From Planctomycetota bacterium (GTDB lineage: Bacteria > Planctomycetota > B15-G4), in assembly GCA_029259725.1 (NCBI GenBank), contig JAJDER010000038.1, forward strand, positions 5,784-69,783: a DNA stretch of 64,000 bases, in the 5' to 3' direction. Made by a program: the position numbers and the translations under genes. The notes under the pieces were generated by a model, which searched no databases, was not told the origin of the DNA, and saw nothing but the letters and a program-made list of their open reading frames with translations. Below, piece by piece: positions 31,850-40,697 of this stretch. The number at the start of each line of letters is the position of its first letter. Positions within the stretch are counted from its first letter, which is position 1.

Positions 31850-32737
31850 TCAGTTGTAGAGGCTGCCCGTGTTGAGCACCGGCGTGACCGGCCCGTGGCC
31901 GCAGAGGACCACGAGCAGGTTGCCGACCAGGGTGGCCTTGCGCTCGTCGTCGAGCTCGAGCACGCCCTTCCGGGCGAGGTCGGCAAGGGCGTGTTCGACC
32001 ATGCCCACGGCGCCTTCGACGATCTTCTCGCGAGCCGCGATGATGGCCTGGGCCTGCTGACGCTGCAGCATGGCCGAGGCGATCTCCTGGGCGTAGGCCA
32101 GGTGGCTGATGCGCGCCTCGAGCACTTCCAGGCCGGCGCGGTCGAGCCGCTTGCCCAGCTCGACCTGCAACTCCTCGGTCACCACCTCGGTGTCGCCGCG
32201 CAGGGTGGGCACGCCGTCGGGGCCGGCGTTCTCGTCGTACGGGTGCGCCTTGGCCAGCTCGCGGATGGCGGACTCGATCTGCACGTCGACGTACTGGCGA
32301 TAGTCCTCGACGTCGAACAGCGCCTGGGCCGTGGAGTGCACCTGCCAGACCACGACGGCGCCGATCTCGATCGGGTTGCCGGCCAGGTCGTTCACCTTGA
32401 TCTTCTCGCTGGCCAGGTTGTGCGCGCGCAGCGAGACCTTGCTGCGGATCGTGAACGGGTTGGTCCAGTAGAACCCGTCCGTGCGCACGCTGCCCTTGTA
32501 CTTGCCGAACAGCACCAGCACGCGCGAGGTGTTCGGGTTCACGATGAAGAAGCCGAACAGGCAGATGATGGTCGGGATCTCGATCAGGATGATCGGGACG
32601 ATGCGTCCGGGGCCGTCCCAGCCCTGCGACGCGGCCAGGATCGGCAGGCCGAGGATGATCAGCGGCAGGAGGACGAGCATCGGCCAGCCGCTGATGGCGG
32701 CGAACAGCTTCTCCTGCGTCGGGGCACGGGTGGTCAT
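31850..32737 (-). CDS. SPFH/Band 7 domain membrane protein
   Basis: Two TMs, [60 protein letters not shown]. Confidence 0.92.
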   Translation of the reverse strand: MTTRAPTQEKLFAAISGWPMLVLLPLIILGLPILAASQGWDGPGRIVPIILIEIPTIICLFGFFIVNPNTSRVLVLFGKYKGSVRTDGFYWTNPFTIRSKVSLRAHNLASEKIKVNDLAGNPIEIGAVVVWQVHSTAQALFDVEDYRQYVDVQIESAIRELAKAHPYDENAGPDGVPTLRGDTEVVTEELQVELGKRLDRAGLEVLEARISHLAYAQEIASAMLQRQQAQAIIAAREKIVEGAVGMVEHALADLARKGVLELDDERKATLVGNLLVVLCGHGPVTPVLNTGSLYN

Positions 32738-32789
32738 GGCGGCGTTCTCCTTGCGGGCTCGGAGGCCCGGGCCTGTTGCCTGTGTGTCG

Positions 32790-32818
32790 GATATCAGAGT
32801 GATATCACTTTGATATTC
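32790..32818. promoter_or_regulatory. Putative RHH operator: three GATAT(C/T) boxes at an 11-bp period, the central one within the palindrome AGTGATATCACT
   Basis: Boxes at 32790, 32801 and 32812; AT-rich island in GC-rich DNA, about 55 bp upstream of the SPFH start. Confidence 0.7.
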
Positions 32819-32945
32819 AGGCAAGCGAGATTGCGCGCGGAGGGCACGAATTCGGCGTTGTCCGGTCGCAAGTGACTGCTGGCGAGCAGCTTGCGAACGG
32901 AGTGGCGCCCTCGTGGCAGGAGCCTGGCGCGGGCCTTGCGATCGG

Positions 32946-35699
32946 CTAGCGCGGGTCGGCGACCACGAGCGTCGGTGGGCTCACGCCCAGGGGCGGGCCG
33001 CCCTGCGGATCCAGGAGCAGCACCTGGACCCATTCGCGGATGCCCCGCGTGGCGTGGTCGATGCTGAAGCCGCGCTCGACCTGGCCCGTCGGACCCAGCG
33101 ACTGCGGCGGGCGCAGCGTCGCGTGATCGCGGTAGAGCTCCCACTCGTCGCCCCGCACGAGGCGTGCGTCACCGGGTCCCGCGCGCACCGGGATCGCGCT
33201 TCCCGTCGTGTACACCCGCACGATCCCGTCGGGCGGGCCGTGGAGCTCGTAGTCGATCGCGGCGGCCATCCCGGAGCGCCGCTGCCCGGTCTGCACCACG
33301 CGCACGGGCGCCGTGTCCGTCTCCGGCTCCAACACCGCCAGCACGCGCAGCCAGCTCATCGCGTAGCCGAGCCCGACCGGTTCGTCCTCGACCAGGCCCA
33401 TCACGTACTTCTCGGGCAGCTCGTACTGCTGCGCGACGTCCGGATCGAGTCCGCGCAGGTAACCGAACGGCCGGCGGAAGTCGGCCTCCGTCACGTCCCA
33501 CATCAGCGCCATGCGCGCCAGGATCTCGGGGCGCAGTCCGATCGGCGCGACGGCGTAGGCATGGCCTTGTGCTTCGAGCCCGGTGGTGGGCGGGCCGCCG
33601 AAGGTGTCGCCCACGTCGCCATGCCAGTAGTCCGCCGGGTGGTCGCGGCAGTCACCCTGATACGTTCCCTTGAAGCAGATGCAGACCATCTCCCAGTTCT
33701 TGAAGAACGACTCGGTGAACTGGGCGTTGGTGAGCTGGCGTCCCTTGAAATCGTTGCCGGCCAGCTCCAGGATCGCGGCGCGGCGCAGCTGCATGTCGTG
33801 CAGCGGTTCATGGATGTTGCGAGGCAGCGCCATGAGGTCCAGCACGCCCTTGAACGCGCGCGGGCTGTCGCCGGCGCAGGCCGTGCCGAGACGGATGGCC
33901 TGGATCCAGAGCGTGTCGTCGACGGTGCCCTCGAGCGACAGCCGGTGGTCGGTGGCCTCCTCGACCAGTTCTCGCGCGCGCGGATGGGGATCGCTGCTCA
34001 CGCGCAGCAGCTCGGTCAGGTCCTTGGCCAGATACCCGTAGTGGTCGTCGGTGTCGTTCTCGAGGTCGTAGCGCGCGGCGTCCCAGTCGCGGTGGTAGAG
34101 CGAGAGCACCCTGTCGATGGCTGCGACGTCGGCCTCCTCGGGCATGAGCTCGTGCACGCGAGCGACGATCACGGCCGACTGGAAGACGTGGTACCAGAAG
34201 GTGCGCTGCTTCACGATCGCCCAGGCGGTGTTGTAGCGACGCGGGGTGTCGAGCTTTCCGGTCGGCGTGAGCTTGGGCGGCATGTGCCCGAACCAGTTGG
34301 GCGCCTCGCCTTCGAAGATGCCGGTGGCCGGGTCCAGCAGGCACTTGTCGTTGGGCTTCTCGGGGCCGAGGTCGTGGGTGCGCTGGAGCCACACCAGCGC
34401 CGTGGCCGCCTTGCGCGACTGCTCGATGCAGCGTCGTCGCAGGACCTGATCGGCCACCAGCTCGGCGGCGTCCAGCAGGAAGCCGACGTACTGGGCAACA
34501 TCGACGGACTCGTCCACCAGCGGCACGAGCCCGTTGCGTCGGACCACCTGCGGAAGCCCGCGCTCGTGGAAGTTGAAACGCAGCAGCGAGCGCGTGAACG
34601 TCTCCAGTCGCGGCGTCCAGCGCGCGATCTCGTCGCTCCAGCCGCGCTCGTGCGCGACGGCGAGCCAGTCCACGAGCAGCGTATGAGCGGTGTGCAGGCG
34701 CAAGAGACGCTCCGGTTGGCTGGGCTCGCCCGTGTTCACGTCGATGGCGTTGTAGAGCGTGTAGCCGGTGGCCGGCTCGACCAGCCCGAGTCCGCCCTCG
34801 TCGCGCGGCACGTGCCACAGGTCGAGCTGCTCGCGCACGAGCCGCTCGATGCGGTCTTCCATCTCCGCGGCCGTCACGCGAGGGAGGTGCACTGCCGCGA
34901 GGACCTCGTCGACGTACGCCACGGCATCGGGACCGCCCTCGCAGCGCACGTGGACGTTGAGGCGCGGCGTGGGCGGAGAGCCGTGCTCGACGACGAAACG
35001 CGTACCGACATCGACGCGCACTTTCGCCCAACGCACCTCACCACGCGATGACTCTCCGTTCCCGCTCGCCCAGGTCCCCTCGTTGCCGCCCAGCACGGCG
35101 CCTTCCGGTGTCCGCCATCCCGCGCGCAGCTCTCCGCCGTCCGCCATGTCGGCCGCAACGACCGCCGTCGTCCGGCGCCCCGTCCCGTCCTCGAGCTGGA
35201 TGACCAGGCGCGCGTCACCGAGCAAAGCGACCGCGAGCGAGACCTCGGTGCGATCGCTGAGCCGCGGATCCGCCACCACCTTCTGGAGCACCGCATCGCC
35301 CGGGTGCAGGACCAGACTGCGCTCGCCACGGAACGCCACCTCGTCAGTGACGCGGTCGGTCGGGTCACCCTCGACCGGCACGAAGGCCCCGACCCAGTAG
35401 GCGCCGTACTTGGGCGGCGTGGTGGTCCCGTCCGCGATGAGCTCGAAGCCGCCGTTCAGCAGACCATCGAGCCAGATCGTCTCGAACCCCGCGTTCGAGC
35501 TCGGTTCTCCACCGTCCTCCACCAGTTCTCCACCAGCGGGCGCAGCCCCGATGGATGCCTCATCATCCCGCAGGGACGAGGCTGCCTCGGCCAGATCCAC
35601 CGCTCCCGGCGCCGGCGGGTCCTGGGCTCCCCCGGGTTCTCCACAAGCCAGCAGGGCGGCCAGCGACAGCGCGATGGCGAGACGAGGGGAGCGGGGCAC
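32946..35699 (-). CDS. Large hypothetical lipoprotein (CBM-like N-domain, long helical core)
   Basis: LAALLAC lipobox after GTG 35699; GLLNGGFE motif; no family recognised. Confidence 0.6.
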   Translation of the reverse strand: MPRSPRLAIALSLAALLACGEPGGAQDPPAPGAVDLAEAASSLRDDEASIGAAPAGGELVEDGGEPSSNAGFETIWLDGLLNGGFELIADGTTTPPKYGAYWVGAFVPVEGDPTDRVTDEVAFRGERSLVLHPGDAVLQKVVADPRLSDRTEVSLAVALLGDARLVIQLEDGTGRRTTAVVAADMADGGELRAGWRTPEGAVLGGNEGTWASGNGESSRGEVRWAKVRVDVGTRFVVEHGSPPTPRLNVHVRCEGGPDAVAYVDEVLAAVHLPRVTAAEMEDRIERLVREQLDLWHVPRDEGGLGLVEPATGYTLYNAIDVNTGEPSQPERLLRLHTAHTLLVDWLAVAHERGWSDEIARWTPRLETFTRSLLRFNFHERGLPQVVRRNGLVPLVDESVDVAQYVGFLLDAAELVADQVLRRRCIEQSRKAATALVWLQRTHDLGPEKPNDKCLLDPATGIFEGEAPNWFGHMPPKLTPTGKLDTPRRYNTAWAIVKQRTFWYHVFQSAVIVARVHELMPEEADVAAIDRVLSLYHRDWDAARYDLENDTDDHYGYLAKDLTELLRVSSDPHPRARELVEEATDHRLSLEGTVDDTLWIQAIRLGTACAGDSPRAFKGVLDLMALPRNIHEPLHDMQLRRAAILELAGNDFKGRQLTNAQFTESFFKNWEMVCICFKGTYQGDCRDHPADYWHGDVGDTFGGPPTTGLEAQGHAYAVAPIGLRPEILARMALMWDVTEADFRRPFGYLRGLDPDVAQQYELPEKYVMGLVEDEPVGLGYAMSWLRVLAVLEPETDTAPVRVVQTGQRRSGMAAAIDYELHGPPDGIVRVYTTGSAIPVRAGPGDARLVRGDEWELYRDHATLRPPQSLGPTGQVERGFSIDHATRGIREWVQVLLLDPQGGPPLGVSPPTLVVADPR

Positions 35700-35811
35700 G
35701 AGGGTGGTGGCTTCCGGCGGGCGGGGCTGGATGTGCAGACTGGGCGCACGTGGCGGAAGCACAACCCGGCCGCGTGGATCGTGTTGTTTCCCCACCTTAG
35801 AATCCGGCCCC

Positions 35812-36651
35812 GTGAACGCCTACCTGGATCTCATCCGCCACGTCCTCGAGACGGGTGTCCGCAAGCCCAGCCGCACGGGCGTGGACACGATCTCCGCCTT
35901 CAGCGTCGGCTACCGGGTGGATCTCGCGCAGGGCTTCCCACTCCTGACCACCAAGAAGATGCTCTGGAAGAGCGTGCTGCACGAGCTGCTGTGGTACCTG
36001 TCCGGCGACGACCACATCCGCAACCTGCGCGAACACACCAAGATCTGGGACGCGTGGGCCGACGCCGACGGCAACCTGGACACCGCCTACGGCTACTACT
36101 GGCGGCGGTTTCCGAGCGCCGAGCGCGCCGAGAACGGCGAGTGGCGCGTGCGCGAGGTGGACCAGATCCGCAACGTCATCGACGCGCTGCGCAACCAGCC
36201 CGACAGCCGGCGCCTGGTGGTGACCGCCTGGGAACCCGGCAACGCCTGGTCCAGCAAGCTGCCGCCGTGCCACTACACGTACTGCTTCCAGGTGCTCGAC
36301 GGGAAGCTCAACTGCCACCTCACGCAGCGCTCCGGCGACGTGGCCCTGGGCATCCCCTTCAACCTCGCGGCCTACGCGGCGCTGACCCAGGTGCTCGCGC
36401 AACAGGCCGGCCTCGGGCTCGGCACCTTGGCGCACACCATCGTCGACGCGCACATCTACACCTCGAAGCCCGATGGCTCGATGAGCGAGTACGACCACGT
36501 GCCCGGCCTGCTCGAGCAGCTCGAGCGCAAGCCCGGCCCCTTGCCGACGCTGACCATCGCCGACAAGCCCCTCGACGTACTGACCTTCGACGACTTCGAG
36601 CTGACGGGCTACGAGTGCCAGCCGTTCCTCTCCTTCAAGGTTGCCGTGTGA
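35812..36651 (+). CDS. thyA: Thymidylate synthase
   Basis: YLDLIRHVLETG, FPLLTTKK, ELLWYLSG, DSRRLVVTAW, LPPCH, QRSGDVALGIPFN, DAHIY. Confidence 0.97.
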   Translation: MNAYLDLIRHVLETGVRKPSRTGVDTISAFSVGYRVDLAQGFPLLTTKKMLWKSVLHELLWYLSGDDHIRNLREHTKIWDAWADADGNLDTAYGYYWRRFPSAERAENGEWRVREVDQIRNVIDALRNQPDSRRLVVTAWEPGNAWSSKLPPCHYTYCFQVLDGKLNCHLTQRSGDVALGIPFNLAAYAALTQVLAQQAGLGLGTLAHTIVDAHIYTSKPDGSMSEYDHVPGLLEQLERKPGPLPTLTIADKPLDVLTFDDFELTGYECQPFLSFKVAV

Positions 36652-36685
36652 TGGACATCGCCCGCGCGCAGCAGGAGTGCCCGCG

Positions 36686-37267
36686 ATGGTGAGGATCTCC
36701 GCCATCGTCGCCATGACCGCGGACCGGCTCATCGGCCGCGGCAACGACCTGCCCTGGCACTGGCCCGAGGACATGCGCCACTTCAAGCACTTCACCAAGG
36801 GACACACCGTGGTGATGGGGCGGCGCAGCTGGGAGTCCATGCCCGGCGGCCTGCCCGACCGCACCAACGTGGTCATCTCCACCAGCAAGGCGGCCGGCGC
36901 GCCCCCCGACGGCCTCGAACTCGAGGGCGCGCTGTGGTTCCCGTCGCTGGGCGCGACCTTCGACTGGGCCGCGCGACGGACCGATGCCGGGACCAAGCTG
37001 GGCGAGATCTTCATCCTCGGTGGCGGCGCGCTGTTCAAGGGCGTGCTCGAACCGCTCGACACCGTGCCTGCCGCCGGCAAGCTGCCCGTCTACGTACCCG
37101 AGCGCCTGGTCGTGACCTGGGTCCCCGACGTGCCCATCAAGGACGACGACGTCCTGTTCCCGTACGACCGCGCTTGGCTGCTGAAGCACTTCCAGGTGAA
37201 GCAGTCCTGGAACAGCGAGAGCGGCGAGCTGCAGTTCGAGGTCTTCGAGCGGACGCCGGCGCGCTGA
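36686..37267 (+). CDS. folA: Dihydrofolate reductase
   Basis: IVAMTADRLIGRGNDLPWHWPEDMRHFK, VVMGRRSWES, LPDRTNVVIS, IFILGGG; AGGAG SD. Confidence 0.93.
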   Translation: MVRISAIVAMTADRLIGRGNDLPWHWPEDMRHFKHFTKGHTVVMGRRSWESMPGGLPDRTNVVISTSKAAGAPPDGLELEGALWFPSLGATFDWAARRTDAGTKLGEIFILGGGALFKGVLEPLDTVPAAGKLPVYVPERLVVTWVPDVPIKDDDVLFPYDRAWLLKHFQVKQSWNSESGELQFEVFERTPAR

Positions 37268-39012
37268 GTCCCTCGGACGGTATCGGTCACGCGGGGCTGA
37301 TCGCGGACGCGGACCCTCTGCTGGTCCTCGCGGTCGTGGTCGTGGGCGGCCTCGGCGCGGGCTGGCTGGCGCGCAAGGTCAAGATCGCCGGGGTCACCGG
37401 CCAGATCCTGATCGGCGTGCTCATCGGTCGCTCGGGGCTCGAGCTGTTCAACGAGGCGGACGTCGAGGCGCTCGCGCCGATGACCCACTTCGCCCTGGGG
37501 CTGATCGCGGTCACCGTCGGCGGGCACCTCAACCTGCGCCGGCTGCACGGCGCGCACAGGCGGCTCGGGTTGCTGGTCCTGGCCGAGCTGATCATCACGC
37601 CGCTGCTGGTCTACACCGCCGTGGTCGGCGTGCTCGGCGCCGACTGGCGCACGGGCCTGTTGCTCTCGGCCCTGGCCATCTCCACGGCCCCGGCCACGAT
37701 CGTCGCGCTGATCCACGAGATGCGCGCGCGCGGCGTGTTCACCAAGACGCTGGTCGGCGCGGTCGCGCTCAACAACATCGCCTGCATCGCCGCCTTCGAG
37801 GTGGCGCACATGGCGGCGCGGGTCGGGCTCACCGTGGGCGGTGGCGTCGATGGCGGAGCGGTGGCCGAGCCGACGGTCCTGGACTACCTGCTCGCCCCGG
37901 TCCAGGAGCTGGTGCTCTCAGGTGGCCTGGGCTTCGCCGTGGGCGCGGCGCTGGTGGCGCTGACACGCAAGGTGGTACGGGCCGAGCAGCTGGCCACGGC
38001 GTCGGTGGTCTGCGTGCTGCTCACGGCCGGCATGGCGGACCAGCTCGGCCTGTCGCCGCTGCTGACCTGCCTGTTCCTGGGCATGACGCTGGCCAACCTG
38101 ACGCCCGACAAGGACGAGATCGTCGAGTCGGCCTTCGTCAACGCGCGGCAGGCGCTGTTCGCGGTGTTCTTCACCCTGGCCGGCATGCACCTCGACATGG
38201 GTGCGCTGGTCGCCGCCAGCGGGCTCGTGGCGGCGGCGTTCCTGGGGCGGCTGCTGGGCAAGGTCACCGCCGGGCACATCGCGCTGGGCATCGCCGGAGC
38301 CACCGAGAACGTGCGTCGACACATCGGCCCGGCGCTGGTTCCCCAGGCCGGTGTGGCCGTCGGTCTGCTCATGACGGTCACGGCCGACCCCGCCATGGCG
38401 CCCCTGGCGGACGCGCTGCTCGCGGTCGGGCTCGCCGTCGTGACGGCCAACGAACTGCTCGGCCCGTTCCTCGTGCGCAACGCGCTGGTGAAGACCGGGG
38501 AGGCCGGCGCCGACCGCGACCGCATCCTCGAGTTCCTGCACGAGGAGAACATCGTCGTCGACCTCCAGGCCGACACGAAGGAGGAGGCCATCGAACGTCT
38601 GGTCGACGTGTTGATCCGCACCAACCACCTCGATGCCGACCGCGAGCGCATGCTCAAGAGCGTGCTCGACCGCGAGGCGGACATGTCGACCTGCTTCGGC
38701 GAGGGCCTGGCCGTGCCGCACGGCATCTTCGAGGGCGGCGAGAGCATCGTCGGTGCCATGGGCCTCTCGGCGCGCGGCCTGCGCTTCGACACGCCCGACG
38801 GCATCCCGGTGCACTGCATGGTCGTGCTGGCCACGCCGGCGACCGAGCGCGACCGGCACCTGCAGGTCCTCGCCGCGCTGGCCAAGGCCATCGGCACCGA
38901 TCCCAACCGGCAGCGCCAGTTGTTCGCGTCGGTGTCCCCGGCGCACGCCTACGAACTGCTGCACGCCGAGGAAGGCACCGAGGACTTCAACTGGTACCTC
39001 GACGAGGACTGA
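37264..39012 (+). CDS. Cation:proton antiporter (CPA) fused to a PTS EIIA (Ntr/Fru-type) domain; start uncertain, possibly CTG
   Basis: About 12 TMs, TAPATI, PQAGVAVG; C-terminal TKEEAI...READMSTCFGEGLAVPH...HLQVLAALAK. Confidence 0.85.
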   Translation: MSPSDGIGHAGLIADADPLLVLAVVVVGGLGAGWLARKVKIAGVTGQILIGVLIGRSGLELFNEADVEALAPMTHFALGLIAVTVGGHLNLRRLHGAHRRLGLLVLAELIITPLLVYTAVVGVLGADWRTGLLLSALAISTAPATIVALIHEMRARGVFTKTLVGAVALNNIACIAAFEVAHMAARVGLTVGGGVDGGAVAEPTVLDYLLAPVQELVLSGGLGFAVGAALVALTRKVVRAEQLATASVVCVLLTAGMADQLGLSPLLTCLFLGMTLANLTPDKDEIVESAFVNARQALFAVFFTLAGMHLDMGALVAASGLVAAAFLGRLLGKVTAGHIALGIAGATENVRRHIGPALVPQAGVAVGLLMTVTADPAMAPLADALLAVGLAVVTANELLGPFLVRNALVKTGEAGADRDRILEFLHEENIVVDLQADTKEEAIERLVDVLIRTNHLDADRERMLKSVLDREADMSTCFGEGLAVPHGIFEGGESIVGAMGLSARGLRFDTPDGIPVHCMVVLATPATERDRHLQVLAALAKAIGTDPNRQRQLFASVSPAHAYELLHAEEGTEDFNWYLDED

Positions 39013-39146
39013 GCGAAGAGGACTGAGCGCTTCGGTACCCGGCGTTGCCTTCGCGCGCTGCCTTCCCCCGGATCCGGGCGTACTCGACTAGACTGGGCGC
39101 TGTCCGTCGCCGGGGCAGTGCGATCGGTCCACTGAGGGAGAGAGCC

Positions 39147-40622
39147 ATGCGTTGCGTCCAGCTCGTCGGAATCGCCGCCGCGGTCGTGCTGCTCGGCAGC
39201 GCACCGGCCGCCGCCCAGATCGTGTTCGCGGCTCCCGAAGTCCAGGACACGCCCGACGTCTTCCCCCTCGCGGTACTCGCCGCCGACTTCACCGGCGACG
39301 GCCACACCGATCTCATCGGGTCCACCCTCTTCGGTGGATACGTGTTCGTGCAGGGCGGTGCGGACGGGCCCGGTCTCCCGACGCAGATGGCGTCGCCCGG
39401 CTTCCTCGCCGGTGCCGTGATCCTGGATGACGACCTCGACGGCGTGCTCGACCTGGCGACGCGGGCCTCGACCGCCGTGCAGATCCTCCTCGGTGACGGC
39501 GACGGGACGTTCAGCACCGGCGCGAAGCACGAGTTGTCCTTGTCCGTCCAGGGCCTGGCGCTCGGCGAGCTGACCGGCGACGGGGTGCCGGATCTGGCCG
39601 TGGCGAGCCAGGCGATCTTCGCCGGCGGCTCGCTCGACCTGCTGCCCGGGGAAGCCGGCGGCGGCTTCGGAGCAAAGCTCCAGATCGCCGACGTCTCCGA
39701 GACGTCGTACTCGGGCCTCTCGCTCGGTGACGTGGATGGCGACGGACTCGACGATGTCGTGGCCAGCGGCGGGTTCGGCGCACCGATCGTCGTGCGTTCC
39801 CAGGGTGGCGGAGTGTTCGGTCCGCCGCAGGCTCTGGGGGAACCCAACGGCGTAGGAGTGCTCGTCCACGAGTTGACGGGGGACGGCCTCGCCGACATCG
39901 TCGTCCACGGAGGCAACGCCAAGGTCCGCGAGAGCCTCGGTGGCGGGGACTTCGGCGCGCCGGTCACGCTCGCGCCGACGCTCGGCGCCACCGGCGGCTT
40001 CGAGGTGGTCAGCGGGGATCTGGATGGTGACGGGCGCGCCGACCTCGCCGTGGGGACCGGCAGCTCGATCTGGTCAGGTGTCACCGCGATCCACAACGCC
40101 GGTGCGCTGGCCTTCACCGAGATGGGCACCGTCAAGCTCCCGGCCGCCAGTCCGAACGCCCTGACCCTGGCGGACATGGACGGCAACGGTCAGGTCGACC
40201 TCGCGCTGACCGGCAACATGCTCGTGGGCACGGTGATCAATCACTCCTACGGGCCGGGCGCGCCCTGGGTGGACCTCGGGAACGCCCTCGACCCGATCGC
40301 CGGTCCGCCGATCCTGTTCGCCACCGGAGACTTGCTCCCCGACAGCGACGTGTCGCTCACCGTGCAGCTCGCTCCGCCCGGACTGCTCTGGCTGGTGGTC
40401 GGCTTCGACGCCGGCTTCGCGCGGTTCCAGGGCGGCACGCTGGTGCCCACGCCCGATCGACTGTGGGGGCCGTTCGCCACCGATGGCATGACCGACATGG
40501 TCCTCGAGACCAGTTGGCCCGCCGGCCTCGCGTCGGGGCTCGAGCTCTGGATGCAGGCCTGGATCGCAGCGGCCGGCGACGAGGTCGCGGGGAGCAACGC
40601 GCTCCAGGCGACCGTGCCTTGA
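39147..40622 (+). CDS. Secreted FG-GAP/VCBS repeat protein with C-terminal domain
   Basis: Signal peptide; ADFTGDGHTDL, GELTGDGVPDLAVA, GDVDGDGLDDVV, GDLDGDGRADLAV, ADMDGNGQVDL. Confidence 0.9.
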   Translation: MRCVQLVGIAAAVVLLGSAPAAAQIVFAAPEVQDTPDVFPLAVLAADFTGDGHTDLIGSTLFGGYVFVQGGADGPGLPTQMASPGFLAGAVILDDDLDGVLDLATRASTAVQILLGDGDGTFSTGAKHELSLSVQGLALGELTGDGVPDLAVASQAIFAGGSLDLLPGEAGGGFGAKLQIADVSETSYSGLSLGDVDGDGLDDVVASGGFGAPIVVRSQGGGVFGPPQALGEPNGVGVLVHELTGDGLADIVVHGGNAKVRESLGGGDFGAPVTLAPTLGATGGFEVVSGDLDGDGRADLAVGTGSSIWSGVTAIHNAGALAFTEMGTVKLPAASPNALTLADMDGNGQVDLALTGNMLVGTVINHSYGPGAPWVDLGNALDPIAGPPILFATGDLLPDSDVSLTVQLAPPGLLWLVVGFDAGFARFQGGTLVPTPDRLWGPFATDGMTDMVLETSWPAGLASGLELWMQAWIAAAGDEVAGSNALQATVP

Positions 40623-40697
40623 TCCGACCTGTCCACCTGGCGCGGCTCGTCGGTGCGCAGTGGCTCGCGGCACCCTCTGCGGCGCGGCGGTCCTGCC

